Assembly (NCBI GenBank): GCA_963741455.1 | Contig: CAVUIF010000010.1 | Coordinates: 183,850 to 247,849, forward strand | From: an uncultured Thermoleophilaceae bacterium | GTDB taxonomy: Bacteria > Actinomycetota > Thermoleophilia > Solirubrobacterales > Thermoleophilaceae | Direction of reading: 5' to 3' | DNA length: 64,000 bases | Shown here: positions 10,572 through 19,379 of the stretch, one piece after another | Numbering within the stretch: the stretch's first letter is position 1 | How the letters are laid out: every line of letters starts with the position of its first letter | Notes under the pieces: generated by a model | Database searches by the model: none | Seen by the model: the letters and a program-made list of their open reading frames with translations, nothing else | Told to the model about the DNA's origin: nothing | Made by a program: the position numbers and the translations under genes

Positions 10572-11186
10572 TTGTCCCGAATGCGCACAGGCGCGCTGCT
10601 CGCGGCTGCGCTCGGGGTGGTCGCCGTCGCGGTCGTGGTCGTACTGCTGGACTCCGCGCCCCGCCAGGCGGGCACCAACTACGTGCCGGAGCTCGCCCCC
10701 GCGCTGACGATCGAAGGTCGGGGGGAGCATTGCCAGAAGGGGCAGATCGTGCCCGGCGGAGCCGCGGCCCTCCGCCTCCTCGTCGGCACGTACGAGCAGC
10801 CGACCCCTCCCATCACGGTGACGGTCAGTCGCGACGACAGTCGCCTCGCCCGGGGTGGCCTGCGCGCCGGCCGCCCGGAGGGCCACGTCGTCGTGCCGCT
10901 GACGACCGTCGAGGACACCACGGCGGGCGCCACCGTCTGCGTCCGCGTGGGGGAGGCCGGCGAGGGCCGGCGCACGGTGCTCTACGGCACGCTCGGCCAG
11001 GTCCGGTTCGAGTGGCTTCGCTCAGGATCGGAGAGCTGGCTCGAGCTCGTTCCCACCGTCGCCCATCGCTTCGGGCTCGGCAAGCCGCTGCTGCCCGGGT
11101 GGTGGTTGCTCGGCGCCGCGGCGCTGCTGCTCGCACTCGCCTGGGCGGTCGCCCTGCGGCTGCTCGGCCGGGAGCTGGCGCCATGA
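10572..11186 (+). CDS. hypothetical bitopic membrane protein
   Basis: N-terminal TM (ALLAAALGVVAVAVVVVLL), a beta-rich middle and a C-terminal TM (WWLLGAAALLLALAWAVAL). The stop overlaps the next start (ATGA 11183-11186). No recognisable family. Confidence 0.45.
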   Translation: MSRMRTGALLAAALGVVAVAVVVVLLDSAPRQAGTNYVPELAPALTIEGRGEHCQKGQIVPGGAAALRLLVGTYEQPTPPITVTVSRDDSRLARGGLRAGRPEGHVVVPLTTVEDTTAGATVCVRVGEAGEGRRTVLYGTLGQVRFEWLRSGSESWLELVPTVAHRFGLGKPLLPGWWLLGAAALLLALAWAVALRLLGRELAP

Positions 11187-12640
11187 GGCGCCTGCCGGCC
11201 GCGGCGCGGTGGTGCGCTCTCGTGGCGTTCGCGAACGCGCTCGTGTGGTCCATCGTCACGCCCCCCTTCCACGTGCCCGACGAGACCGGGCACATCGTCT
11301 ACGTCCAGCATCTCGCCGAGACGGGCGACATCCCGGACGACCCGGACCTGGAGCCGTTCTCCGCCGAGCTGGTCACCGTCCTCGACTCGCTGAGGTTCAA
11401 CTCCATCGTCGGCCGCCCGCGCGATCGCGCGGTCTTCTCCGAGGCATACGACCGGTCCGTGCAGGACGCGGTGCGAGACCCGGCCAATCCCGTCGGGCTG
11501 GACGGAGACATCGAGAGCTCCGGACAGCCGCCGCTCTACTACGCCGCGCAGGCGGGCGTCTACCTCGCCTCACCGTGGCAGGACCTGCTTCACCGCCTCT
11601 ACCTGATGCGGATCCTGTCCGCGCTGCTCGCCGCCGCGACCACGGTGTTCGTGTTCCTGTTCCTGCGCGAGGTGCTCGCGCCGCCCTGGGCGGCGACGGT
11701 GGGCGCGCTCGCGGTGGCGTTCCAGCCCCTGCTCGGCTTCATGTCGGGCGGAGTGACGCCGGACACGCTCCTGTTCACCGCCTCGGCGGCGCTCTTCTAC
11801 GGGCTCGCGCGCGGGTTCCGCCACGGCCTCTCCCTGCAAACGGGCCTCGTCATCGGAGCCGCGCTCGCGGCCGGTGCGCTGACGAAGCTGAACTTCGTCG
11901 CGCTGATCCCGGGCGCCCTGCTCGGGCTCGCTCTGCTGCTGTGGCGCGCGCCCGACCGCCGCACGGCCGCGAAGGGCGCCGCGGCGGCCGTGACGGTGCT
12001 GGTAGTCGCCGTCGGCGTCTACGCCGCGCTGAACCTCGCCCTCTGGGATCGCACCGCGTGGGGGGGCGGGGTCGAGACGGCCGTGACCGCGGCCACGAGC
12101 GGCGAGTCCGTCCAGGGGTCGATCTCGCCGGGAAGGCAGCTCTCCTACATGTGGCAGCTCTATCTGCCCAAGCTGCCGTTCATGACCGACGAGCTTCCTG
12201 GCTATCCGGTCTGGAACGTGTGGTTCAAGGGCATGATCGGCGTCTTCGGCTGGCTCGACACGACCTTTCCCAAGTGGGTCTACTTCATGGCGCTCGGGTT
12301 GGTGTTCCCGCTCGGTCTCCTGCTCGCGGTGGCGCTGTGGAAGCGGCGGCACGCACTGCGAGACCGCTGGGCCGAGCTCCTCACGTACACGGTGATCGTG
12401 CTGGGCGTGCTCGCCTCGATCGGAGTCCTCGGCCTCCGGTACCGCGAGGACACGGGCAACGCCTTCGAGCAGACGCGCTACCTGCTGCCGCTCCTGCCGT
12501 TGTACGCGGCGGGGCTGGCCCTGGCGATCCGCGGCGCCGGCGAGCGCCTGGCGCGGCCGCTTGCCGCGCTCGTCGTCGTGCTCGCCATGGCGCATGGGCT
12601 GTTCGCCCAGCTGCTCGTGATCTCGCGGTACTACGGCTGA
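11183..12640 (+). CDS. DUF2142-like multi-TM protein (putative GT-C glycosyltransferase)
   Basis: MRRLPAAARWCALVAFANALVWSIVTPPFHVPDETGHIVYVQHLAETGDIP matches the DUF2142 N-terminal signature (PDE..H); ~11 TM helices follow. The track ORF start at 10730 is an off-frame extension. Confidence 0.7.
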   Translation: MRRLPAAARWCALVAFANALVWSIVTPPFHVPDETGHIVYVQHLAETGDIPDDPDLEPFSAELVTVLDSLRFNSIVGRPRDRAVFSEAYDRSVQDAVRDPANPVGLDGDIESSGQPPLYYAAQAGVYLASPWQDLLHRLYLMRILSALLAAATTVFVFLFLREVLAPPWAATVGALAVAFQPLLGFMSGGVTPDTLLFTASAALFYGLARGFRHGLSLQTGLVIGAALAAGALTKLNFVALIPGALLGLALLLWRAPDRRTAAKGAAAAVTVLVVAVGVYAALNLALWDRTAWGGGVETAVTAATSGESVQGSISPGRQLSYMWQLYLPKLPFMTDELPGYPVWNVWFKGMIGVFGWLDTTFPKWVYFMALGLVFPLGLLLAVALWKRRHALRDRWAELLTYTVIVLGVLASIGVLGLRYREDTGNAFEQTRYLLPLLPLYAAGLALAIRGAGERLARPLAALVVVLAMAHGLFAQLLVISRYYG

Positions 12641-14739
12641 GGGGCGTCCGGCACGCTGGCGGAGCGCTCCTGCTCGCGCAGCGCCTCGCGCAGGCCCGCC
12701 TCCACCTGCTGCGCGGCCACCTCCCAGGAGGCCGACTCCACGAGGCCGAAGCCGGCGCGCATGCGCCGCTCGCGGAGAGCGTCGTCGCTCAGCAGCCGCT
12801 CGAGGGCGTCCGCGAGCGCGACAGGATCCGCCTCAGCCAGCTCTACGCCGCTGTCCCGCCCCAGCTCCGCCTCCGTGCTGCCGCCCGCCAGGTCCACGCA
12901 CGGTAGCCCGCAGGCCAGCATCTCCTGCGGGATCAGGGAGTAGTTCGTCAGGGAGAGGCACAGGCCCGCGGTCGCGGCCGAGTAATGCCACGCGAGCACC
13001 TCGGGGCTCACGACTCCGAGGTGCTCGTGGGAGAAGGAGGTCGCCAGCTCCTCGGACTGGCCGAAGAAGACGAAGCGGGTGTCCGGCCGGCGCCGGTGGA
13101 GCTCCTCCATGGCCAGCAGACCCAGGGGCACGGCGCGCCTCGCGGTGAACTCGCGCGCGTAGAAGACCACCGTGTCGCGACGGCGCTCCACCGGACGGGG
13201 CCGGTACACCCCGCGGTCCACCCCCAGCCGGAACCACGTGCCTCGCTGCCCGTAGCGCCGCGCCAGCAGGTCGCGCAGCCACCGGCTCGCTGAGATGCCG
13301 TACATGCCGAGCTCGTACGTCCGGGCGGCCCAGATCCACTCGGCCGACTGCGCGTAGAAGTCCGGCTCGTGGTCGTTCACGAGGTACGCCCGAGCGCGGC
13401 AACCCGGTAGCAGCATCACCGGGTACGCCGTGTCCCACCCGGTAGCGACCGCGACGTCCGCGCCCGACCAGCCGGCGAAGTCCCTGAACACGGGGGCGCG
13501 GACCGGCGTGAACTCCTCGACGACGCGTCGCCTCAGGACCGACCCGGCCTCGTGATGGCGGCCCTGCGGGTCGTACATCCAGATCGAGCAGGTGTGGCCC
13601 ATCTCCTCGAGCAGGCGTATCAGGGTGAAGATCGTGTTGTGGCCGCCGCTGCCGCGCTGAAACGGCGGGATCACGACGGCCACGTGCAGTGAGGCGCGCT
13701 CGGCCATGCCCGGCACGGGGTCGTCGAGCGGTGCCGGCCCCTCGACACGCAGGCGGAGGACGTCCTGCCACGTGCTGCCACCCGGCCGCCCGGGGACCTC
13801 GCGGCCATGTGGGACCGGATCGCCGGCGGGGGCGGGCGAGCTCCGCCCTTCGAGGGACAGCCCGCGCTGGAGCGGGGCCGGCAGGCGCGCGGCCCGCGAG
13901 CCGAGCGCTGACGCGGCACGCCGCCCCGTCTGATGAACGGCGGACCGCACGAGCCAGGGAGCGCGACGGCCGGCCGGCCACCCCTGTGCCCGCATCCAGC
14001 GAGCGTCGGCGCGGATCTCCCGGGCCGCGGCACGCGGCGCCAGCGGCTCGACGTGGCCGCTCGCCTCGCGCAGGCCGCGGTACTCGTCGAAGTAGCGCTT
14101 CATGAACTCGACGGGCCCGTAGTCGTGCGCGTGGCGCACGGCGGCGGCGGGGTGGAAGACCTTCACCCATCCCGCCGCCAGCATCGCCCGGCCGAACGCC
14201 TGGTCCTCGGAGTAGTCGAGGTCCGCGAACCGGATCTCCTCCCAGCACGCCCGGGCATAGCAGGCGTTCACGTTCGAAAGGAAGGTGAGGTCGCCCTCTC
14301 GCTGGATCGACGGCCTGCCGTTCGGTGCCAGGCCGCGGAAGAACTCCGTCAGCTCCCGGGCGATCATGGGACTCGTGGCGTCGTGGGGCAGATGCGGGCC
14401 GAACGCGGCGCCGACCCTCGCGTCGAGCGCAAAGGAGTCTCGAAAGGCGTCGAGCCACCCCTCCTGGGGCACGGCGTCCTGGGTCAGGAAGCAGATCAGC
14501 TCGCCCGCCGCGCGCTCCGCCCCGAGGTTCCGCGTGCGGCCGTGGCCGAACTCCTCGGGCGGTATCTCGATCAGCTCCGCGCCCGCCGCTCGTGCGATCT
14601 CCCTGGACCCGTCCCGCGATCCGGAATCGATCACGATCAGCTCGAGGTCACCCTGCCGGCGCACGGCGTCGAGCACCTCCTCGAGGAGCGGCCCGCCGTC
14701 CTTCACCGGAATCACGACCGAGACGTCGTCGAGCGCCAC
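12631..14739 (-). CDS. bifunctional glycosyltransferase: N-terminal GT2 (rhamnosyltransferase-like) plus C-terminal WsaF-like GT-B domain
   Basis: N-terminus VSVVIPVKDGGPLLEEVLDAVRRQGDLELIVIDSGSRDGS...FLTQDAVP. C-terminal half LHVAVVIPPFQRGSGGHNTIFTLIRLLEEMGH resembles the WsaF-family rhamnosyltransferase signature. GTG start is 1 nt after the upstream stop. Confidence 0.75.
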   Translation of the reverse strand: MALDDVSVVIPVKDGGPLLEEVLDAVRRQGDLELIVIDSGSRDGSREIARAAGAELIEIPPEEFGHGRTRNLGAERAAGELICFLTQDAVPQEGWLDAFRDSFALDARVGAAFGPHLPHDATSPMIARELTEFFRGLAPNGRPSIQREGDLTFLSNVNACYARACWEEIRFADLDYSEDQAFGRAMLAAGWVKVFHPAAAVRHAHDYGPVEFMKRYFDEYRGLREASGHVEPLAPRAAAREIRADARWMRAQGWPAGRRAPWLVRSAVHQTGRRAASALGSRAARLPAPLQRGLSLEGRSSPAPAGDPVPHGREVPGRPGGSTWQDVLRLRVEGPAPLDDPVPGMAERASLHVAVVIPPFQRGSGGHNTIFTLIRLLEEMGHTCSIWMYDPQGRHHEAGSVLRRRVVEEFTPVRAPVFRDFAGWSGADVAVATGWDTAYPVMLLPGCRARAYLVNDHEPDFYAQSAEWIWAARTYELGMYGISASRWLRDLLARRYGQRGTWFRLGVDRGVYRPRPVERRRDTVVFYAREFTARRAVPLGLLAMEELHRRRPDTRFVFFGQSEELATSFSHEHLGVVSPEVLAWHYSAATAGLCLSLTNYSLIPQEMLACGLPCVDLAGGSTEAELGRDSGVELAEADPVALADALERLLSDDALRERRMRAGFGLVESASWEVAAQQVEAGLREALREQERSASVPDAPQP

Positions 14740-14740
14740 G

Positions 14741-16021
14741 TCAGACGCGCTCGAGCACGTAAAGGTCCTGGTTGCCCTCCACGCGCCCGGGCCGGTAGAG
14801 AACCGCCCGCCACTCTGGTGTGAGGCGGGCGAGCAGCCACTCGGGTGTCAGGAACGCCGTGCCCCAGTCCTCGTTCGCGATGCCGTGATCGCCCTGCTCG
14901 CCGAACTCCGGGGCGTACCAGAAGCCGTGCTCGAACAGCGCGGCGCGGACGTGCTCGAGCTGCTCGGTCGAGCGCAGGCCGAGCCGCCGCGTGTGCACGA
15001 TCGTGTGCTCTCCGTGAGAGGTGAGCACGAGCCGGCCCCCGGGCTTGACGATCCGGCGCATCTCCGACAGCCAGTCGAGCGCGGCCGCCTCGGAGAAGTG
15101 GCTCCAGATCGAGATCGCGAAGGCGAAGTCGACGCTGCCGTCCTCGTAGGGAAGCGGCGGGTACTCCGGGCTGCGCTCGAACCGGATGCCGGGGAGGTTC
15201 TCGCGGGCCCAGTCGATCGCGTCCGGGATCGGGTCGCAGCCATGCCACTCGATCTCCGGAAAGGCCGCGGCCAGCACGCGTACCACGCGGCCCGATGAGC
15301 AGCCGAAGTCGAGGCCCCTCATCGCGGCGGCCGGCTCGAAGCCGGTCGAGCGCAGCGCGTCCACGACCAGGTCGGCGTAGTAGGGGGCTCCGCCCGCGGC
15401 CGCCGCTCCGTGCGCCATCGAATGGACCCCGGCGCCCGGCATCGCCGCGCTGAGACCCGTGCGGCCGAGCGCCGGCTCGACCCGGTAGTGGGCGGCGAAC
15501 GCGAGAGCGAGCCGCTTGCGGTCCTGCAGGTCGGCCGTCTCCCAGAGCGCCGCCTCGGAGGGCTCGAGGCGGGCCTCGATCGCGGCGAGGTCTTCCTCCG
15601 AGAGCCGGTCGTGCAGGATGTCCGTCACGGGCGACGCCCGCAGGGGGCTCGGCGAGAGGGTGCGGCTCAGCTCCTCCTCGCGGTCACCCGCCGAACGCTC
15701 GCGCTCCTCCGTCACGGTCCGCCTTGCCTCCGCCCAGCTGAGCGGGACACCGGAGGCCCATGCGAGCTGGCGGGCGTCCTTGAAGAAGCGGTAGACGGCG
15801 CGCAGCACGCGCAGGCCGGCGCGGAACTCCCCCGCGCCGCGGCGGCGCATCAACGCGTTGAGGTCGACCTGCCAGCGATCCAGCCAGTAGCTCCTGTCCT
15901 GCGCGGCGGCGAGCGCGTTGTTAGCCCGCGCCGTCCGCTCCGCAGACTCACGCTCGAGCGCCTCGAGGCGCTCGTGCAACGCGCGCAGCTCGGCGCTCTG
16001 GCTGGTGTGCTCGACTGCCAT
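14741..16021 (-). CDS. SAM-dependent methyltransferase with N-terminal coiled coil
   Basis: The N-terminal ~70 aa are heptad-like (LRALHERLEALERESAERTARANNALAAAQ). The C-terminal Methyltransf_11/23-like core reads LDFGCSSGRVVRVLAAAF...VDFAFAISIWSHF...VKPGGRLVLTSHG. Confidence 0.8.
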   Translation of the reverse strand: MAVEHTSQSAELRALHERLEALERESAERTARANNALAAAQDRSYWLDRWQVDLNALMRRRGAGEFRAGLRVLRAVYRFFKDARQLAWASGVPLSWAEARRTVTEERERSAGDREEELSRTLSPSPLRASPVTDILHDRLSEEDLAAIEARLEPSEAALWETADLQDRKRLALAFAAHYRVEPALGRTGLSAAMPGAGVHSMAHGAAAAGGAPYYADLVVDALRSTGFEPAAAMRGLDFGCSSGRVVRVLAAAFPEIEWHGCDPIPDAIDWARENLPGIRFERSPEYPPLPYEDGSVDFAFAISIWSHFSEAAALDWLSEMRRIVKPGGRLVLTSHGEHTIVHTRRLGLRSTEQLEHVRAALFEHGFWYAPEFGEQGDHGIANEDWGTAFLTPEWLLARLTPEWRAVLYRPGRVEGNQDLYVLERV

Positions 16022-16023
16022 GG

Positions 16024-16863
16024 TCAGAGGTTCTCAGCAATCCTGGGCGCCTCGCGGGCGAACACCCACAACCCCAGGGCGAAGACGATCGCCACGATAG
16101 CCAAGGGGATCGCGAGTCGCGGCCATCCGCCGAGGACGTCCACGGCGGTCGGCGCGTCGGCGTCGATCAGCGCGTGGCGCATCTGGGTCAGCACGGTGGC
16201 GATCGGGTTCATGGCAGCGAACTCGCGCACGTTCTCCGGGATCGCGGTCGCGACGTACAGGACCGGGGATCCGTAGAAGAGCAGCTGGAGGGTGACCTCC
16301 CAGATCGGCTCCATGTCCCGGTACCGGACGTAGAGCGCCGAGAGCAGCATCGTCACGCCGGTCCCGAGCACGATCAGCACGGCGATGAGCAGCGGCAGCT
16401 GGATCCAGTCGAGCCTGGGCTCGATTCCCGACGCCAGCACGAACACCATCACCGCGACGAGGTTCGCGGCCAGGTTGAACAGCGCGGCGAGTGCCACGGC
16501 CAGCGGGATCACCAGCCTCGGAAATCGCATCTTGCGGAGCAGGTTCTCCCGCTCGACCAGCGCCGTGACCCCGCGGGTGGTGGTCTCCGAGAAGAACGTG
16601 AACAGCACTATCGAGGCGAGCAGGTAGACCGGATAGTTCTCGACGCCCTCCCCGAAGCGGACGATCTGCGTGAACACGACGTAGATGACTCCGAAGAGCA
16701 GCAGCGGCCGCATCAGCGTCCACACGTAGCCGAGCACCGATCCGAAGAAGCGCAGCTTGAAGTCCGTCGCGGCGAGCGTCAGCGTCAGGCTCCAGAACCG
16801 GCGCAGGTCGCCTCCGAGGATGGACGGACCGCGCTGGGGCGAGGCGGTTGCCTCCACGCTCAT
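16024..16863 (-). CDS. wzm: ABC-2 type polysaccharide export permease (Wzm/TagG-like)
   Basis: From ATG 16863 (ATGA overlap with wzt stop): LRRFWSLTLTLAATDFKLRFFGSVLGYVWTLMRPLLLFGVIYVVF, six TM helices, typical ABC2_membrane family. Confidence 0.85.
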   Translation of the reverse strand: MSVEATASPQRGPSILGGDLRRFWSLTLTLAATDFKLRFFGSVLGYVWTLMRPLLLFGVIYVVFTQIVRFGEGVENYPVYLLASIVLFTFFSETTTRGVTALVERENLLRKMRFPRLVIPLAVALAALFNLAANLVAVMVFVLASGIEPRLDWIQLPLLIAVLIVLGTGVTMLLSALYVRYRDMEPIWEVTLQLLFYGSPVLYVATAIPENVREFAAMNPIATVLTQMRHALIDADAPTAVDVLGGWPRLAIPLAIVAIVFALGLWVFAREAPRIAENL

Positions 16864-18095
16864 CCGCGCGTCACCTCCAGCTCGTACGGCAGGTCCACGA
16901 CACCGCCGGTCCAATGCGGCGCCTGCACGAGCAGCGCGGCGATGTCATCCGCGCGGGCGTAGTGGTCGCGCTCGCCGCCCGGAGCGCCCACCGCCGGAGT
17001 GAGGGTGTAGCGGCTCGGAGCGAGCCGGTTCTCGAACGAGAACCTGACAGTGCACCGCTCGCCTCCACGGAACTCGCCGGTCGGCACGCCGAGCGTGGTC
17101 GAGCTCGCGACGAAGATGGTGTGCCGGACGTCGTTCCGGAACACGAGGCTGAGCTTGGGGTTCTCCACCGTCTCCGAGAACTCCAGCTCGAAGCATGCGA
17201 CCACCGGCTCGCCCTGTGACGACGCGACGATCCGCTCGCCGGCGGGGGTCTCGCACCAGGCGCCGAGGATCCTCACCGGGCCATCGCCACCCTGGGGACC
17301 GCCGAGCTGCCCGAAGTTGAGCTCGCTGTAGGTGCGCGTGATCTGCTCGGGATGGCCGATGTCCACCACCTCACCGCGCTCGAGCACCAGCCCGCGGTCG
17401 CAGAAGCGCTCGACGCTGCCCATGTCGTGGGTGACGAAGAGGATCGTCCGGCCCTCCGCCTTCATGCGCTCGAACTCGTCGAAGCATTTCCGCTGGAAGG
17501 CGGCGTCGCCGACCGCGAGCACCTCGTCCACCAGGAGAACGTCGGCATCGACCAGCACCGCGACCGAGAATCCGAGTCGCACGCTCATGCCGGACGAGTA
17601 GTTCTTGAGCTTGAGGTCCACGAACTCCTCGAGCCCGGCGAACTCGATGATCTCGTCGAAGCGGGCGCGCGCCTCGCGGCGCGAGACGCCCAGCATGATC
17701 GCGTTGATCAACACGTTGTCCCGGGCGGTCAGGTCGGGGTTGAAGCCCACCCCGAGCTCGATGAAGGGGGAGAGCCGGCCCTCCACGTCGATCGTGCCGC
17801 GATCCACGCTGTAGATCCCCGCAAGGCACTTGAGCAGCGTGCTCTTGCCGCTGCCGTTGCGCCCGACGATCCCGAAGAACTCGCCGCTGGGGATCTCGAA
17901 GCTCACGTCCCTCAGCGCGCGGAGCTCGTCGTACGTGTTGGAGGCGAACGGGTGCAGCGCGCGCTCCTTGAGCGTGGAGTACTGCTGGTGGGGGAGCCGG
18001 AAGCTCTTGCTCACCCCCTGCACGGATACCGCGGCCGGCCTTGCGCCGGAGCCGGGTGCCCGCCGCTCCTCGATATTGCGGGCGGTAGCGGTCAA
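16860..18095 (-). CDS. wzt: polysaccharide ABC exporter ATP-binding protein (Wzt/TagH-like) with ~160-aa C-terminal extension
   Basis: Walker A GRNGSGKSTLLK, signature YSSGMSVRLGF, Walker B VLLVDEVLAVGD. The C-terminal beta-rich domain (VRILGAWCE...LSLVFRNDVRHTIFVASS...RFSFENRLAPSRYTL) resembles the Wzt_C glycan-terminus-binding module. The proposed TTG start at 18095 overlaps the upstream stop (TTGA); this start is uncertain. Confidence 0.85.
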   Translation of the reverse strand: MTATARNIEERRAPGSGARPAAVSVQGVSKSFRLPHQQYSTLKERALHPFASNTYDELRALRDVSFEIPSGEFFGIVGRNGSGKSTLLKCLAGIYSVDRGTIDVEGRLSPFIELGVGFNPDLTARDNVLINAIMLGVSRREARARFDEIIEFAGLEEFVDLKLKNYSSGMSVRLGFSVAVLVDADVLLVDEVLAVGDAAFQRKCFDEFERMKAEGRTILFVTHDMGSVERFCDRGLVLERGEVVDIGHPEQITRTYSELNFGQLGGPQGGDGPVRILGAWCETPAGERIVASSQGEPVVACFELEFSETVENPKLSLVFRNDVRHTIFVASSTTLGVPTGEFRGGERCTVRFSFENRLAPSRYTLTPAVGAPGGERDHYARADDIAALLVQAPHWTGGVVDLPYELEVTRG

Positions 18096-19327
18096 CGGCG
18101 GCCTGACGCTAGCAATCGGCGCGCCCGCGCCTGCCAGCGGCGGACGCCGCCGGCCTCGCGCCGCGCGACGCGTTCCTCGAGGCTCTCGACGCGCGCGCGG
18201 GCGAGGTCGAGGGCCGCGTCGCGGCGGTCGATCTCCCGTTGGAGGCGGAGCTGCGCGAGGCGGAGCCCCTCGAGGCCCGCGTGCGCGTCCGCCAGCAGTT
18301 CGGGAACGCCCGCCTCGTGGTGCGGCGGCGGCCCACTTGCGATGTCGCGCAACGCCGCGGCCATCAGCTCGGTGCTCTGCTCCCACGACGGCCACTCCCG
18401 GGCGGTGTCGAGCGCGCCGGCGCGAAGCCGCGCCAGCAGCTCACGGTCGGTGGCGAGCAGGTCGAGCCAGCGAGCGGTGCCCGCGATGTCGTCCCATCCG
18501 GCGACGATGCCGTTCGCCCGGTGCCGCACGTACTCGTCGTGTCCCGTGACCGGCCAGACCACGCAGGTCGCGCCGCGGTGAAAGGCCTCGATCGGCGGTC
18601 CGAACACGCCCTCCACGCGCGAGAGCTTCAGCAGGACGTCCGCCTCCGAGTACACCGCCGGCATCCGGTCGTGTGGCAGGGGTCCGACGACATGGTCCAC
18701 TCCGGCCGCGATCTCGGGCGGCGGCGGCTCGGGGGACACGAGCTTGGCCTCGTGCTCCTCGCGCATGCCGGCGAGGACGTCGACGGCCTCGCGCACTCCC
18801 TTGAACCACAGGCTCGGCGCTCCCTCGATCAGCACGCGCAGCGGGCCGTCCCTGCCGGGCGGGGCCTCCACCGGCCCGAACAGCCGCTTGTCGACGCCGT
18901 TCGGAACGTGGTAGCAGGGCGCGTCAGGCCGTAGCTCGGCGAGCTCTTCGACCATCCATGACGCCTCCGTCAGGAACGAGAGCGGAAGGCCATGAGTGAG
19001 GACCGCGCCGAGCTGTTCCACGTCGCCGGGCCTGTAGAGCCGTTCCTCGAAGTTCTGCGCGAAGTAGGCGCGGCGCCGGGCCGGAATCCGGAAGAGCGAG
19101 TACACCGTTCGCCACCAGGTCGCGACGGCGAGGTCGAACTGCCGGTCATGCGCCTGCTCCGCCCGGATCAGCTCGACGCCCTCCGGAACCGCGCCCTCGG
19201 CGGGGCCCTCGGTGACCGCCACGACGACCTCCATGTCGTGCGCTGTCGCGAGACCGTGGGCATGCTCGAGCACCGCCCGAACGCCGCCGGACGGTCCCAG
19301 ACGGCCGAGGACAAAGCACACCCGCAT
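18092..19327 (-). CDS. glycosyltransferase (GT-B, GT4-like) with C-terminal coiled coil
   Basis: From ATG 19327 MRVCFVLGRLGPSGGVRAVLEHAHGLA...; C-terminal LEGLRLAQLRLQREIDRRDAALDLARARVESLEERVARRE is coiled-coil-like. The upstream 176 aa of the track ORF are junk-like. Confidence 0.75.
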   Translation of the reverse strand: MRVCFVLGRLGPSGGVRAVLEHAHGLATAHDMEVVVAVTEGPAEGAVPEGVELIRAEQAHDRQFDLAVATWWRTVYSLFRIPARRRAYFAQNFEERLYRPGDVEQLGAVLTHGLPLSFLTEASWMVEELAELRPDAPCYHVPNGVDKRLFGPVEAPPGRDGPLRVLIEGAPSLWFKGVREAVDVLAGMREEHEAKLVSPEPPPPEIAAGVDHVVGPLPHDRMPAVYSEADVLLKLSRVEGVFGPPIEAFHRGATCVVWPVTGHDEYVRHRANGIVAGWDDIAGTARWLDLLATDRELLARLRAGALDTAREWPSWEQSTELMAAALRDIASGPPPHHEAGVPELLADAHAGLEGLRLAQLRLQREIDRRDAALDLARARVESLEERVARREAGGVRRWQARARRLLASGRR

Positions 19328-19379
19328 GAGCGCTGCACAATACGGAGGCGGGTGAGGCCGGACGGCTAGCATCGCCGCG

